DNA of 64,000 bases from an uncultured bacterium (GTDB taxonomy: Bacteria > Verrucomicrobiota > Verrucomicrobiia > Limisphaerales > UBA8199), in assembly GCA_963749495.1 (NCBI GenBank), contig CAVVMW010000001.1, positions 256,001 through 320,000 on the forward strand. The letters are read 5' to 3'. Below the pieces are notes generated by a model. The model ran no database searches and was not told the DNA's origin. It saw only the letters and a list, made by a program, of their open reading frames with translations. Shown here one piece after another: positions 1-10,720 of this stretch. Positions within the stretch are counted from its first letter, which is position 1, and the number at the start of each line of letters is the position of its first letter. Position numbers and translations under genes: made by a program.

Positions 1-372
1 AGACAGATGATGGACCAGATCCGCACTCGGTTCCCGGAGTCCTGCATGGCAGCCCTGGAGATGTTCAAGCCACTGCCCCTGGATTTCTACCTGCGCAACC
101 TGGGAAAGCCCACCCGGGGCAACTTCGCCAGCCTTTGCTTCTCCGATTCGGGCGAAACTTGCGCCGGGATGACCGACATGCTGGGTGGAGGAATCCAGGA
201 GGTCACACACATGGTGCCGACCTGGCGGCCACCGGGGTTGACCGTGTTGTTCTGGAGTTTCCGCGGCCGGCCCCGCGCGCAGCTATCCTGGGTGGATGAC
301 TGCATGAGTTTGGCTGAGGTGGATGCCCTGGAAACAGGCCTGCGCTGCGCCTTGCTGGATGAGGTGCCATGA
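1..372 (+). CDS. 5'-truncated ORF; possible condensation/acyltransferase-like protein of the lipid cluster
   Basis: Frame open from the window edge; stop overlaps next ATG (ATGA). C-terminus (PPGLTVLFWSFRGR..LSW) resembles C-termini of condensation-type acyltransferases; weak recognition. Confidence 0.45.
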   Translation, partial: RQMMDQIRTRFPESCMAALEMFKPLPLDFYLRNLGKPTRGNFASLCFSDSGETCAGMTDMLGGGIQEVTHMVPTWRPPGLTVLFWSFRGRPRAQLSWVDDCMSLAEVDALETGLRCALLDEVP

Positions 373-1772
373 AGGTGCTCCTGGTAGCGACAAACCGCGA
401 GTGTTCGCCGTACCCGGTGGCGCCGCTGGGCGTGCTGTGCGTGGCTGGCGCCGCCCGCGCCGCCGGCCACGAAGTAAATCTCCTGGACCTGGGAATAGCC
501 CCCGCGCCGCAACGCGCTCTGCGGAAGGCCCTGGAGTCGGGCCAGTACCAAGCCGTGGCTTTCGGCATTCGCAACCTCGACAACTGTTGGGCATTCGCAC
601 CGCGCATGTATTTCGACCAGGTGCGTGAACTGGCGGACACGGTGCGGCGCTGTTTCAAAGGCCCTCTGATCCTGGGAGGCAGTGGCTTTTCCGTCGCGCC
701 TCACGGCTGGATGCGGCGGATGGAGGCCGATTGCGGCGTTATCGGCGAGGGTGAGCGGGCTTTTCCGGAAGTGCTGACTCGGCTGGAGGCTGGTCGATGC
801 CTGGAGGGAATGGACGGAGTCATCACCGCGCCAACAACCGCCGGTCCGGCCAGCGTTCTCCCAACCCGCGCCATCGACAATTTGGGCGAGTTGCCGCTGC
901 CCGCGCACGAACTCTGCGGTTATGCGCGTTATGTGAGGCGGGGCGGATTTGTCGGTGTGCAGACCAAACGCGGGTGTCCTTTCGGGTGCGTTTATTGCAT
1001 TTACCCCCAATTGGAGGGCCGACGGTATCGCCTTCGCCCGCCTGAAGCGGTGGCCGAGGAGATTGAAACGGTTGCCCTGCACTCAAAATTGCGTCATTTC
1101 TTCTTCGTGGACAGCGTCTTCAACGACCCTCGTTCGCACGCTCTGGCTATATGTGCCGCTCTCGGCGGCCGGCGGTTGCCAGTTGGTTGGGAGGCCTTCT
1201 GCAACCCGGTTGGTTTCGATCTCGAACTGGCTCGCGCAATGGCCCACGCCGGTTGCATCGGGGTCGAGTTTGGGCTGGATGTCGCTACGCCCAGGATGCT
1301 GGGTGCGTTGGGCAAACCATTCGGACAGGAGGAGACTAGAATCGCCTTGCAAGCAGCGCGCGATGCCCGCCTGCCCTTCGTGGTCTATCTGCTGTTCGGT
1401 GGCCCGGGCGAAACCTGGGAGGATGTCGAAGAAACCCAAACCTTTCTGGCCGGCTGTGCGCCCGCCAACGGCGTTTTTGCCTCCTTTGGCATCCGCGTCT
1501 ATGAAGGCACGCCCTTGGCCAAAATAGCTGCCCGGGAAGGCCAAGTATCGCCAGACCACGATCTCTTCGAGCCAGCCTATTACCTGTCGCCCGGCTTGAG
1601 CGAGCGCACCGAGCAGAACCTGGACCGCATTGCGCGGCGATGCCCGGAATGGACCTCGCCGGCGGACTGGCGCAAGCCTGTCGTCCGGTTGGGGCAGAAA
1701 GTGAGCGTCTGGCTGAGGGTGCGGCCACAGTGGAAATACATCCGGGGCTACGGCCAATACATGCGACGCTGA
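369..1772 (+). CDS. B12-binding radical SAM protein (lipid-biosynthesis type)
   Basis: N-terminal cobalamin-binding region (PYPVAPLG, GIRNLDN, ILGGSGFS) and CxxxCxxC motif RGCPFGCVYC. Confidence 0.9.
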   Translation: MKVLLVATNRECSPYPVAPLGVLCVAGAARAAGHEVNLLDLGIAPAPQRALRKALESGQYQAVAFGIRNLDNCWAFAPRMYFDQVRELADTVRRCFKGPLILGGSGFSVAPHGWMRRMEADCGVIGEGERAFPEVLTRLEAGRCLEGMDGVITAPTTAGPASVLPTRAIDNLGELPLPAHELCGYARYVRRGGFVGVQTKRGCPFGCVYCIYPQLEGRRYRLRPPEAVAEEIETVALHSKLRHFFFVDSVFNDPRSHALAICAALGGRRLPVGWEAFCNPVGFDLELARAMAHAGCIGVEFGLDVATPRMLGALGKPFGQEETRIALQAARDARLPFVVYLLFGGPGETWEDVEETQTFLAGCAPANGVFASFGIRVYEGTPLAKIAAREGQVSPDHDLFEPAYYLSPGLSERTEQNLDRIARRCPEWTSPADWRKPVVRLGQKVSVWLRVRPQWKYIRGYGQYMRR

Positions 1773-1795
1773 CGAATCCTGCAACCACTCTCCCC

Positions 1796-3058
1796 ATGCC
1801 TCCCGCCTCTATTTCCTGCGATGTGCTGGTTATCGGCGGTGGTGCCGCGGGCATCGCCGCGGCCGTAGCCGCCGGGCGCGTGGGCGCGCGGGTTGTGTTG
1901 TTGGAGCGATACGGCTTTTTGGGTGGACTGGCTACGGCCGCTCAAGTGGGCACCATTTGCGGACTTTATCTTCGAGACAAGGCCAACCCGGAGGCGATGC
2001 CAGCCGCCCGAGGATTTGTGAGCGAATTCGCCTCGCGGCTGCAGCGCGCTGTCGGCGCGGACCCGTTTCGGCTGGATGGAGGTCTTTGGGTGCTGCCGTT
2101 TCCCGCACCGGTCTTCGGGAGCGTGGCGGATGCCGTCTTGAGAGAGTGTGGAAACGTCACGGTGGCACTACACGCAACGGTGGCAGGTGCACAGGCTGAG
2201 GGCTTTCGTGTCGTTCAAGTTCACGGCCTGGCATGGAACGAGCCGCTCGTCGTCCGCCCGGCTATGGTGGTGGATAGCAGTGGCGAAGCGACCGTCGCCG
2301 GCTTGGCTGGGGCCGCAGTTGAGAACGGAGTTTGCGACCAAGCGCCCGCATTGGTTTTTTCCCTCGAGCACGTTGAAACCGGCCTGACCGAATGCGGCTT
2401 GATCAAGCTGCGGCGAGAGTTGCGCAGAGGAGTTGAAGAGGGCTTTCTGGCGCCATGCTGCGAACGGCTTGCGTTGATTCCCGGCACGGGCTGTCATGGC
2501 CGCATGGATCTCAAACTCAACTTGGCCCCCGCAAGTTCAGATCGGCCACTCTGGCAGCAGATTACCTGTTGGGAACGCGAGGCCCGTGCGTTGGTGATGG
2601 AACTTCATCGTTTCCTTGTCCAAAATACCACTACCTTCCGACATGCCCGCCTGGCCTCGGTCGCCCCGCAACTCGGCATCCGGTCCGGTCGCCGCATTCA
2701 AGGTCGTGCCAAGCTCTCAGATCAGGATGTCCTTGGCGCTAGAAAATCCCCTCTCGGAATCGCCCGCGGTTGTTGGCCAATGGAACGTTGGGGAAACGGC
2801 ATACGACCGGATATGGTCTTTTTCAACGAGCGTGACTACTATGAGATTCCTCTGGACTGCCTGCGCCCGGCAAAGCTTGACAACTTGTTTGCTGCCGGTC
2901 GTTGCTTCTCAGCCGCGACGGGGGTGATGACGTCGGCCCGGGTGATCGGCACGGCGCTGGCTACCGGCTGGGCGGCAGGAACCGCTGCCGCGTTCCAAGC
3001 CTTGGGGCGGCCGCTCGACGAGGCAGTGGAAACAATTCGGCGGCAGATGAACGAATGA
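1796..3058 (+). CDS. FAD-dependent oxidoreductase
   Basis: DVLVIGGGAAGIAAA dinucleotide-binding motif, ERYGFLGG, YEIPLDCL..NL.AAGRC; ATG at 1796 chosen just after the upstream stop. Confidence 0.85.
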   Translation: MPPASISCDVLVIGGGAAGIAAAVAAGRVGARVVLLERYGFLGGLATAAQVGTICGLYLRDKANPEAMPAARGFVSEFASRLQRAVGADPFRLDGGLWVLPFPAPVFGSVADAVLRECGNVTVALHATVAGAQAEGFRVVQVHGLAWNEPLVVRPAMVVDSSGEATVAGLAGAAVENGVCDQAPALVFSLEHVETGLTECGLIKLRRELRRGVEEGFLAPCCERLALIPGTGCHGRMDLKLNLAPASSDRPLWQQITCWEREARALVMELHRFLVQNTTTFRHARLASVAPQLGIRSGRRIQGRAKLSDQDVLGARKSPLGIARGCWPMERWGNGIRPDMVFFNERDYYEIPLDCLRPAKLDNLFAAGRCFSAATGVMTSARVIGTALATGWAAGTAAAFQALGRPLDEAVETIRRQMNE

Positions 3059-4494
3059 ACGTTTTCGAGAGCCTTTCCCAGGCGGCCCGCCAATGGCCCG
3101 GGCGGCCGGCCATCGTCGACGCCGCCGGCACGCTGGATTACCAATCCCTCTGGCGCGAGATCGAGTCCCTGCGGGCGCAGCTTGCCCGGCTGGACGTGCG
3201 CGAAGGCCAGGGCGTGGGCGTGCGAGCGCGCAACGGACGCGCCTTCGTCATCGGCGCGCTGGGCGCGCTGGGATGCGGCGCCGTGGTCATGCCCATCCAC
3301 CACCAGATAAAGCCGGACGAATTAGCGGACATGTTGGCGCGCGCCCCCTTGTGCGCGATCCTCGATGACGGCTGCGGCGCAACCCAGGCAGGGGCCGCCC
3401 CCCGCAGCTTGGAATTGTCCCGTGGCATCGGCTTGCGGTTCGCTCGGCTCAATGGTCCCCAAGTGCCGCTGGCGCCAGGGTTCCAGGATGCCGCTTTCGT
3501 GCGCTTCACTTCGGGCACGACCGGGGCGGCCAAAGGTGTGGTCCTGACGCACCGCAGCGTGCTTGAGCGCACGCGCGCCGCTAATTGCGGGTTGGGACTG
3601 ACTTGCGAGGACAGAGTGCTCTGGGTCTTGCCGATGGCTTATCACTTTTATGTTTCCATCCTCCTCTACTTGGAGGCCGGGGCGGCGATCGTGGTCAGCG
3701 CCGATTACCTGGCTGAGAGCATCCTGGAGGCGGCCTTGTGCCACAATGTGACGTTCCTTTACGTGACCCCGATGCACGTGCGCATGCTGGGCGGTGAGGG
3801 GTCCGGACGCAGGTTGCCGCCCACGCTGAAGCGGATTATGTCCGTCGCCAGCCGCCTCGGTCCCCAGGCAGCGCAGGATTTCCTCGCCAGGTATCGTGTG
3901 CCCGTGGCGCAAGGCTATGGTATTATTGAGGTGGGGCTGCCGATCATGAACATCGAGGAGGCCGCCGAGCATCCCGAGGCCATTGGCCGGCCACTGCCGG
4001 GTTTTGAGGCGGCCCTTGTGGATCAGGCCATACGGCCGGTGCCCGAGGGCGAAACGGGGCAACTCGCCCTGCGTGGTCCCGGCATGTTTGCCGGCTACCT
4101 AAGTCCGCCAAGGGGGCGCGAGGAAGTCCTGCGCGAAGGCTGGTTTTTGACCGGCGACCTCGCACACCGGGATAGCGCGGGACGGATTGTGCTGGACGGC
4201 CGTACCTCGTCCGTTATCCATATTGCCGGCCACAAGGTCTTCCCGGAGGAAGTCGAAGCCGTCCTGGACCAGTATCCGGCCGTACTGCGTTCACGCGTGA
4301 CGAGCCGGCCGCACCCTCAACTGGGCGAAGCGGTCCACGCCGAAATCCACTTGCGGAGCGGCAGTCCCCCCGCCACGAGCGAGGATATTCTCCTGTTTTG
4401 CCGCCGCCGGCTCTCCAACCACAAGGTGCCGGCCTCGCTCGAGGTGGTGACCGAACTCGATCTGACTCCCAGCGGAAAGGTGCGCCACGGATGA
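3055..4494 (+). CDS. AMP-binding enzyme (acyl-CoA/acyl-ACP ligase)
   Basis: FTSGTTGAAKG, GYGIIE, WFLTGDL, PSGKV motifs; ATG overlaps upstream stop. Confidence 0.9.
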   Translation: MNVFESLSQAARQWPGRPAIVDAAGTLDYQSLWREIESLRAQLARLDVREGQGVGVRARNGRAFVIGALGALGCGAVVMPIHHQIKPDELADMLARAPLCAILDDGCGATQAGAAPRSLELSRGIGLRFARLNGPQVPLAPGFQDAAFVRFTSGTTGAAKGVVLTHRSVLERTRAANCGLGLTCEDRVLWVLPMAYHFYVSILLYLEAGAAIVVSADYLAESILEAALCHNVTFLYVTPMHVRMLGGEGSGRRLPPTLKRIMSVASRLGPQAAQDFLARYRVPVAQGYGIIEVGLPIMNIEEAAEHPEAIGRPLPGFEAALVDQAIRPVPEGETGQLALRGPGMFAGYLSPPRGREEVLREGWFLTGDLAHRDSAGRIVLDGRTSSVIHIAGHKVFPEEVEAVLDQYPAVLRSRVTSRPHPQLGEAVHAEIHLRSGSPPATSEDILLFCRRRLSNHKVPASLEVVTELDLTPSGKVRHG

Positions 4495-4871
4495 GGATTC
4501 TTTTAGTCAAACCCAAGCCCCGGCTCAAGACGATCCTCAAGCTTCTGCAGGAGTATATGGAGCGCATGCCCCCGGCACAGATCACCTGCACCGTCTATAC
4601 CGCCTCGCCGGGCAGCCCGGCCTGGCAGGAGGAGAAAACCAGATACGTTTGCCATCCCTTCGACCTGCATGATTGTATGCACCCCCTGACGCCCACGGCA
4701 ATCCCGCTTCGGGAATTCTGCGCGGAGTTCGCCAAGTTGAGCGCGATCGGGTCGTCGCGCAACCCGCTGCGCCCGCACATGACGCGGGTCCCATTGCGCG
4801 AGGTTTTCCGTATTTTGCTGGCCGCCAGAGGTTACGCCCGCGCGCTACGGCGGGCTTGGCGCGATTATTGA
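4491..4871 (+). pseudogene. Internally deleted B12 radical SAM remnant (N-terminal start fused to C-terminal end)
   Basis: MRILLVKP start typical of B12-rSAM; the rest (TVYTASPGS.AW, DLHDCMHPLTPT..PL.EF..EFA.L) resembles class B rSAM methylase C-termini; only 126 aa, no CxxxCxxC. Confidence 0.55.
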
Positions 4872-4881
4872 TTTCTCAAGC

Positions 4882-6444
4882 GTGCTCAAGAGAAAAACCA
4901 AAGGTCCAAAGGCGATAGCCGGAGGCGAACAACGCCAGGCCGCGGCCGCCTCCCGCAAGATAATCATCATAGGCGGCGGCATTGCCGGGGTGTCTTGCGG
5001 CTGTTACTTGCAGATGAACGGCTACAAGACCGAGATCCTCGAGACGAACACGGTCCCGGGCGGACTGTGCGTGGCTTGGGATCGGGGGCCGTATGTTTTC
5101 GACGGCTGCCTGCGCTGGCTGGTCGGCACCCACCCCTCCTCGGCTTTCCACCGGATATGGGGCGAACTCGGCGCGATAGAGGGACGGGACATCGTGGATC
5201 ATGACGAATTCCTGCGCGTCGAGGGCCTCAACGGCCAGGTCCTCTCGCTATCGTCGGACCTGGACCAACTCGCGCGGGAGTTCAAACGCATCGCGCCTGA
5301 AGACGCCCTGCTCATAGACAGGCTCGTGGACGCCGCCCGGCGTTGCGCCCCCCTCGATCCCCCCGAGAAACCGTTGGAACTCATGGGTGTGGTGGAAAAA
5401 ATGAAGCTCTTGACCCACTATTTGCCGATGCTGCTCACCATCGCCAGATGGAAGAACCGGAGGTTCGCGGATTATCTCGCAGCTTACCGGAACCCATTCC
5501 TGCGCGAGGCGCTGATGGCTATAGCTGGCGATGTCCGTATGTCCGCTCTGGTCCTGGTGATGGTGCTGGGCTTCAGGTCCCGACAGAACGCCGGCTATGT
5601 CGCCGGCGGCTCGCGGGCCTTCGCCCACGCCGTTGCCGACCGCTACGCCCGCCTCGGCGGCGTTATACACTACAATACCCAGGTGGTTTCGGTGAACGTG
5701 GAGAATGGCCGCGCCGTCGCCGTGCGGTGCGCGGATGGAGCGGTGGTGCCAGCCTCCACTGTGGTTTCCTGCGCCGACGGCCGCACGACGATCTTCAAGA
5801 TGCTCGGAGGCCGTTACGTCAACAAACGCCTTGCTTACGTATATAATCACTGTGAGGTCTTCCCCGGGCTACTGCAGGCCTCTCTGGGCGTCAACGGGAC
5901 CTTCCCGGAAGCGCCCCGGGCCCTCAGCCTGCCGCTCGCGCATCCGTTGAAGGTGGACGGCGCCACACGCCATGATCGGCTGGAGGTCGCCGTTTTTGGC
6001 TCCGATTCGGGACTTTGCCCGGCAGGCAAGACCATCATGATAGTCCGGTTTTCCGGCAGCTACGAGCACTGGGCCAACCTCCGGAATCACCGCCCCGAGG
6101 ACTACGCGAAGGCGAAACAAGGGGTGCTCCAGGAGATCGTCTCGATTCTCGATCGGAAGTTTCCGGGCGTCGCCCGGCACCTGGAGCATGCCGACCTCGC
6201 AACCCCTGCCACTTTCGCGCGGTCCACCGGCAACTGGCAGGGCAGTATCCAGGGCTGGCTGCCTACGCCGCGAATCCTGGGACGGCCCATCCCGCACACC
6301 TTGCCCGGACTCCAGGATTTTTACATGGCCGGCCATTGGGTCGAGCCGGGGGGAGGCCTGCCTTCCGCCGCCCTTTCGGGCCGTTCCGTCGCGCAATTGA
6401 TCTGCGCCCGGGATGGGAGGACGTTTGCCGCGACCGCGGCCTGA
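4882..6444 (+). CDS. Phytoene desaturase-family NAD(P)/FAD oxidoreductase
   Basis: IIIIGGGIAG, PGGLC..W.RG.YVFDG, ATPATF.R.TGN..GS..GW, FYMAGHW..PGGGLP.AA.SGR. Confidence 0.85.
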   Translation: MLKRKTKGPKAIAGGEQRQAAAASRKIIIIGGGIAGVSCGCYLQMNGYKTEILETNTVPGGLCVAWDRGPYVFDGCLRWLVGTHPSSAFHRIWGELGAIEGRDIVDHDEFLRVEGLNGQVLSLSSDLDQLAREFKRIAPEDALLIDRLVDAARRCAPLDPPEKPLELMGVVEKMKLLTHYLPMLLTIARWKNRRFADYLAAYRNPFLREALMAIAGDVRMSALVLVMVLGFRSRQNAGYVAGGSRAFAHAVADRYARLGGVIHYNTQVVSVNVENGRAVAVRCADGAVVPASTVVSCADGRTTIFKMLGGRYVNKRLAYVYNHCEVFPGLLQASLGVNGTFPEAPRALSLPLAHPLKVDGATRHDRLEVAVFGSDSGLCPAGKTIMIVRFSGSYEHWANLRNHRPEDYAKAKQGVLQEIVSILDRKFPGVARHLEHADLATPATFARSTGNWQGSIQGWLPTPRILGRPIPHTLPGLQDFYMAGHWVEPGGGLPSAALSGRSVAQLICARDGRTFAATAA

Positions 6445-6712
6445 GTGCGAGTTGGTCGCCCAGGGTCTGTGCATGCCTTGTGCTCTCAATTGCCCCCACC
6501 GACCCTAAGAGACCGGACGTCTCTGCCCCGGGCGGGGCACCGCCCGACTGCCAGGAGATCACTCCAAGTTGCACAAATCAGATGTGTCGTGCCTCTCGGG
6601 TTCCTGATCACTGGCTGCATCCCGTTCCCCTCTACATCCACCGCATTCAACGTCCCATCCCCAAAGCCCAGCCGCATGCCCGCTCGACCGAGCAGTTTAC
6701 GACCACGGCCGA

Positions 6713-7402
6713 TCAAGTCCTCTGTCGCGAAGCGCGGGCGAGACCGCGCCACCATTTCCACCAGCGCAAGGAGTCGGTCACCGGGTTAATGCGGCTGCGC
6801 CGGCCCTGGCCGATGACCTGGATCGGCACAAACGCGACTGGGTGCTCGGCCGCCAGGAAGGCCATGAGCATCTCCGATTCGACTTCAAAGCGCTCCGTCT
6901 TGAGTGACAGCCTGGCCCAGGTTGCCAGGTGAACCAGCCGGAAACCGCATTGGGTGTCGGGCAGTTGCTTGCCCGTGCGCCGAGACAACTGACGGCTCAT
7001 CCAGCAATTCACCTGTCGGCGAAGCCAGGGCATGGCCTGCGCCCTGTGCATGCGGCTGCCGACAACCAGCAATGCCCCGGTCTGTCCGGCGCAACACAGA
7101 AAAGCGGGTATGTCCTTCGGCGCGTGCTGGCCATCGCCATCGAGAGTGAAGGCCCACTCGAAGCCCTGCTTCTTTGCCGACAACAACCCGGTCCTGAGCG
7201 CGGCGCCTTTGCCGAAGTTCCCGGCATGGCTCACCACCATTGCGCCTGCGACCCGGGCCGCCGCCGCGGTGGCGTCCGTCGAACCGTCGTCCACCACCAT
7301 CACCAAGGGGAGGTGTTGGCGCACCGCTCTGACCAGGCCTGCGATGGTCGCCCCCTCGTTGAAACAAGGGATGATCGCCGCGCATGTCGAAGGTCCAACC
7401 AC
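6713..7402 (-). CDS. Glycosyltransferase family 2
   Basis: IIPCFNE, VVDDGSTD, NFGKGAAL, TLDGDGQH, DTQCGFR. Confidence 0.85.
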   Translation of the reverse strand: MVGPSTCAAIIPCFNEGATIAGLVRAVRQHLPLVMVVDDGSTDATAAAARVAGAMVVSHAGNFGKGAALRTGLLSAKKQGFEWAFTLDGDGQHAPKDIPAFLCCAGQTGALLVVGSRMHRAQAMPWLRRQVNCWMSRQLSRRTGKQLPDTQCGFRLVHLATWARLSLKTERFEVESEMLMAFLAAEHPVAFVPIQVIGQGRRSRINPVTDSLRWWKWWRGLARASRQRT

Positions 7403-7677
7403 GCCTCAACCTTGAGTCACATTCAACCGGGAATCGAGAGAAAACTCTGGCCGCAGAGGCAGAGCCAGGCGGGCAGCCCTGAAGTCCGAAGGTCTTAACT
7501 TCTTGATTCGCTTTGCTTCTCTCCTTATTATATGAGGGATTCATGGCGAAGATTGTCTTCGGCCGGCAATAACGCGCGAAAACCTGACAGAAGTCGATCT
7601 TCTTATATTTATTACTGTTCAGAAGGCCCGGTGACGGAAATCCGTTGCCGGCGCGGCTCAAGCGATGCTGAACGATC

Positions 7678-8919
7678 ATGCTCTTCCCCGCCTGCCCCCC
7701 ACCATCCTCCCCGCCGCGCATCGTCGTCACCGGCGCGGGGATCGTCACCGCTCTTGGGATCGGATGGAAACGGAATGCGGAAGGATTCCGGGCGGGGAAG
7801 AGCGCATTTCGTCATGTTTCGTTGTTTGATGTCAGCCGCCAGCGGGTGAAAACTGCCGCAGAGGTGGATTTGCCGGCGGCACTCCCGCCGAGCCGCCTGA
7901 GTTCACACCAGGTTGCCCGACTGGACCGCGCCGGCGCAATGCTCTTGCTGGCAGCGCATGAAGCGTGGCAGCAAGCCCATTGGCAGTCGGTCGATGATCT
8001 GGCGCTGGTTCTTGGCACAACAGCGGGAGGCATGTCGCTCGGAGAAGCATATTTTCGCCAGGCAACGCAATCGCCATGCCATCATCGCCGGCAACCCAGC
8101 CGGGCCATTCACTATCAGCCGCAGGTCCAAGCGCGAACGGTGCTGGATGCTCTTGGGGTCAACGGGGCGGTTACAATCATCTCGAATGCCTGCGCCTCGG
8201 GCAGCAACGCCATCGGCCACGCCTGGGAACTGATTCGTCGCGGCCAAACGCAGTGCGTCCTGGCTGGCGGTTATGACGCGCTCAGTGAACTTGTGTTTTC
8301 GGGCTTCGCTGCCCTCCAATCGCTCTCACCCACTGTCTGCCGTCCGTTCGATGCCCGGCGAGATGGCTTGGCCCTTGGTGAAGGTGCGGCGGTGCTCGCT
8401 CTGGAAACCCTTGAGCGCGCGAGCCGGCGAGACGCGGCCATCCTGGGAGAACTCATCGGATACGGCACGTCCATTGACCAGCACCACCTCACTCAGCCGC
8501 ACCCGCACGGGGATACTGCGCTCGCGGTCATGAGGCAGGCCTGTGCGACTGCGGGAGTGACACCCGAGGACATTGACTACATCAACGCTCATGGCACCGG
8601 CACGCCGCTCAACGACATCTCGGAAGCCATTGCCATCAGTCACTGGGCTGGCGGCCGCGCCGCGACGTTGCCGGTCAGTTCCATCAAAGCCGGCATCGGA
8701 CACCTCCTTGGAGGCGCCGGCGCCGCCGGGGCGGTGGTTTGCCTGATGGCCTTGCGCGAACAGTGGCTGCCGGCACAAGCGGCGTTCGAGACCCCCGACC
8801 CTGTCTGCAGCTTCCCCATTGTGCACCAACCGCGAGACGCACGGGTGAATGCAGTGCTGACTAACGCCTTTGGTTTCGGCGGCGTCAATGCGACTCTGAT
8901 TTTGCGGAGGTGGGCATGA
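7678..8919 (+). CDS. fabF: Beta-ketoacyl-ACP synthase (FabF-like)
   Basis: RIVVTG.G.V, catalytic ACASG, NAHGTGT..ND, K..IGH, FGFGG.NA. Confidence 0.9.
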   Translation: MLFPACPPPSSPPRIVVTGAGIVTALGIGWKRNAEGFRAGKSAFRHVSLFDVSRQRVKTAAEVDLPAALPPSRLSSHQVARLDRAGAMLLLAAHEAWQQAHWQSVDDLALVLGTTAGGMSLGEAYFRQATQSPCHHRRQPSRAIHYQPQVQARTVLDALGVNGAVTIISNACASGSNAIGHAWELIRRGQTQCVLAGGYDALSELVFSGFAALQSLSPTVCRPFDARRDGLALGEGAAVLALETLERASRRDAAILGELIGYGTSIDQHHLTQPHPHGDTALAVMRQACATAGVTPEDIDYINAHGTGTPLNDISEAIAISHWAGGRAATLPVSSIKAGIGHLLGGAGAAGAVVCLMALREQWLPAQAAFETPDPVCSFPIVHQPRDARVNAVLTNAFGFGGVNATLILRRWA

Positions 8920-9992
8920 GCCGCGTTCTCATTGCGGGGTTGGGCGCGGTCTCGCCCGCAGGTTGGGGAGTCTCGGCCCTGTGTGAGGCCCTGAAGAATA
9001 CCAAGCCCCTGCCGATTCAGCGGCTCCAGCGGCCGGGCTGGGAGAAACCCCTCAAGGTCCGCCTGGTACCCCATCTGGCTGTGCGTCCGGCATTTCTTGC
9101 GCATCCACGCCTGCGGCGTACCAGCCCGATCACACACTATGCCACGGCAGTCGCACTCGAGGCCGCCGCCGGGCTGGGGGCGAGGAAGGACAGCCGGCGC
9201 TGGCTGGGGCTGATAGTCTGCCTCCAAGCCGGCTGCGTGAATTATTCCCGGCGGTTTCTTGGCGAGGCCCTGGAAGATCCCAGAACGGCCAGTCCGCTCC
9301 TGTTTCCCGAAACCGTTTATGCCGGCCCGGCAAGTCACGTCGCGGCGCTGTTGGGAAATGTCTCGATTTCATATACCCTCGTTGGGGACCCGGCCTGCTT
9401 CCTGCAAGGAGTATTCATCGGCGCCCAGTGGCTCGGCCAGAATCGAGTGGACGCCTGCATCATCATTGGGTCTGAGGAAACCGATTGGATACTGGCGGAC
9501 GCGCTCTGGCACCTTGATCGTCCCGCCGTTCTCACGGGGGGCGCCGGGGCCTTATGCCTGTGCGGTGATTTGGAGATGTTCACTGGCGCCGAGTTGGCAG
9601 CCATCACCGATCCTCACACATATTCTGCATCCAATGACCGGGTGCGAGCGGCCCGGGCCATGCGCAGCCAACTCGGGGCGGGTGGCCCCACGGAACTCCT
9701 CTGCGATGGCCTCGGGGACAGCCCTCGCACGGACGCTGCCGAACGTGCCGCATGGCACAATTGGCCTGGAGTACGGTCCAGCCCCAGGAGTCTTCTTGGC
9801 GAAGGTCTCATGGCAGGCGCTGCCTGGCAGTGCGTTGTTGCCTGCGAGGCAGTCGCAAGCGGACGATTCACCGCCGCCAACGTCAGCCTCGTAGGCTCCA
9901 ATCAACAGGCGATTGGAGCGCGCTTTGTGCGCACACCTTCCGGCACAGCGGATTTGCCAGCGTGCAGCTCAACGCCCGGCACCTCATTATGA
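8916..9992 (+). CDS. Ketosynthase-like partner lacking the catalytic triad (chain-length-factor-like)
   Basis: GLGAVSPAG start, ASPLLFPETV motif typical of KS-beta-like subunits; no C-H-H triad; translationally coupled to fabF. Confidence 0.75.
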   Translation: MSRVLIAGLGAVSPAGWGVSALCEALKNTKPLPIQRLQRPGWEKPLKVRLVPHLAVRPAFLAHPRLRRTSPITHYATAVALEAAAGLGARKDSRRWLGLIVCLQAGCVNYSRRFLGEALEDPRTASPLLFPETVYAGPASHVAALLGNVSISYTLVGDPACFLQGVFIGAQWLGQNRVDACIIIGSEETDWILADALWHLDRPAVLTGGAGALCLCGDLEMFTGAELAAITDPHTYSASNDRVRAARAMRSQLGAGGPTELLCDGLGDSPRTDAAERAAWHNWPGVRSSPRSLLGEGLMAGAAWQCVVACEAVASGRFTAANVSLVGSNQQAIGARFVRTPSGTADLPACSSTPGTSL

Positions 9993-10720
9993 ACCTTCGC
10001 GTCATCCTGATCACCGGCGCCAATGGCAGCTTGGGTCAAGCCATAGCACGTGCTTTTCTGGCGGAGAGCGCGAATAATTCGGTCTGGCTCGGTGTGCATT
10101 CGCGCCGCGAGCGCGCCGAGGAACTCGCCGGGCAGAATCCCGGCCGTTGCCGCAGCCTTTTATTGGATGTTACTTCACGCGAATCCTGGCAGCAGGCGGT
10201 GACCCAAGTGCTCGCGGTCGATGCTCGGTTGGATGTCCTGGTGAACAACGCTGGCAAGCATAAAGATGCCCTGCTTGGCATGATGCCCATTGAGACCTGG
10301 CAGACGGTGCGCGAAACTAACCTGGACGGCGTGTTCCACGGTTGCCAAGCCGTGCTGCCAACCATGATCCGCCAGCGAACCGGCCGCATCGTGAATCTCG
10401 CTTCCCTGAGCGCTTTGCTGTCTCCGGCGGGTCAGACCAATTATGCCGCCGCCAAAGCCGGTGTGGTTGCCCTCACCCAATCTTTGGCCAAAGAGGTTGC
10501 CCGTCTCAACATCACCGTCAACGCGATCTGCCCTGGCTTTGTCGAAACCGAAGCGCTGGCGGCTTTGACTGCCGAAGAGCGGGCAGCGGCGGAAGCGCGA
10601 GTTCCGATGCGCCGCTTTGGTCGGCCGGAGGAAGTGGCGGCGGCGGTGCGCTTCCTGGCTTCCGCCGAGGCCAGCTATATTACCGGCTCTGTGCTCAAAG
10701 TGGATGGAGGCATCTTGTGA
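9989..10720 (+). CDS. fabG: 3-oxoacyl-ACP reductase
   Basis: ITGANGSLG, LVNNAG, GQTNYAAAK, NAICPG, ITG.VL.VDGG. Confidence 0.9.
   Translation: MNLRVILITGANGSLGQAIARAFLAESANNSVWLGVHSRRERAEELAGQNPGRCRSLLLDVTSRESWQQAVTQVLAVDARLDVLVNNAGKHKDALLGMMPIETWQTVRETNLDGVFHGCQAVLPTMIRQRTGRIVNLASLSALLSPAGQTNYAAAKAGVVALTQSLAKEVARLNITVNAICPGFVETEALAALTAEERAAAEARVPMRRFGRPEEVAAAVRFLASAEASYITGSVLKVDGGIL

Noticed and set aside
6445..6712. ORFs between the desaturase-like gene and GT2
   Set aside because: Short, overlapping, no motifs; treated as a convergent intergenic region.
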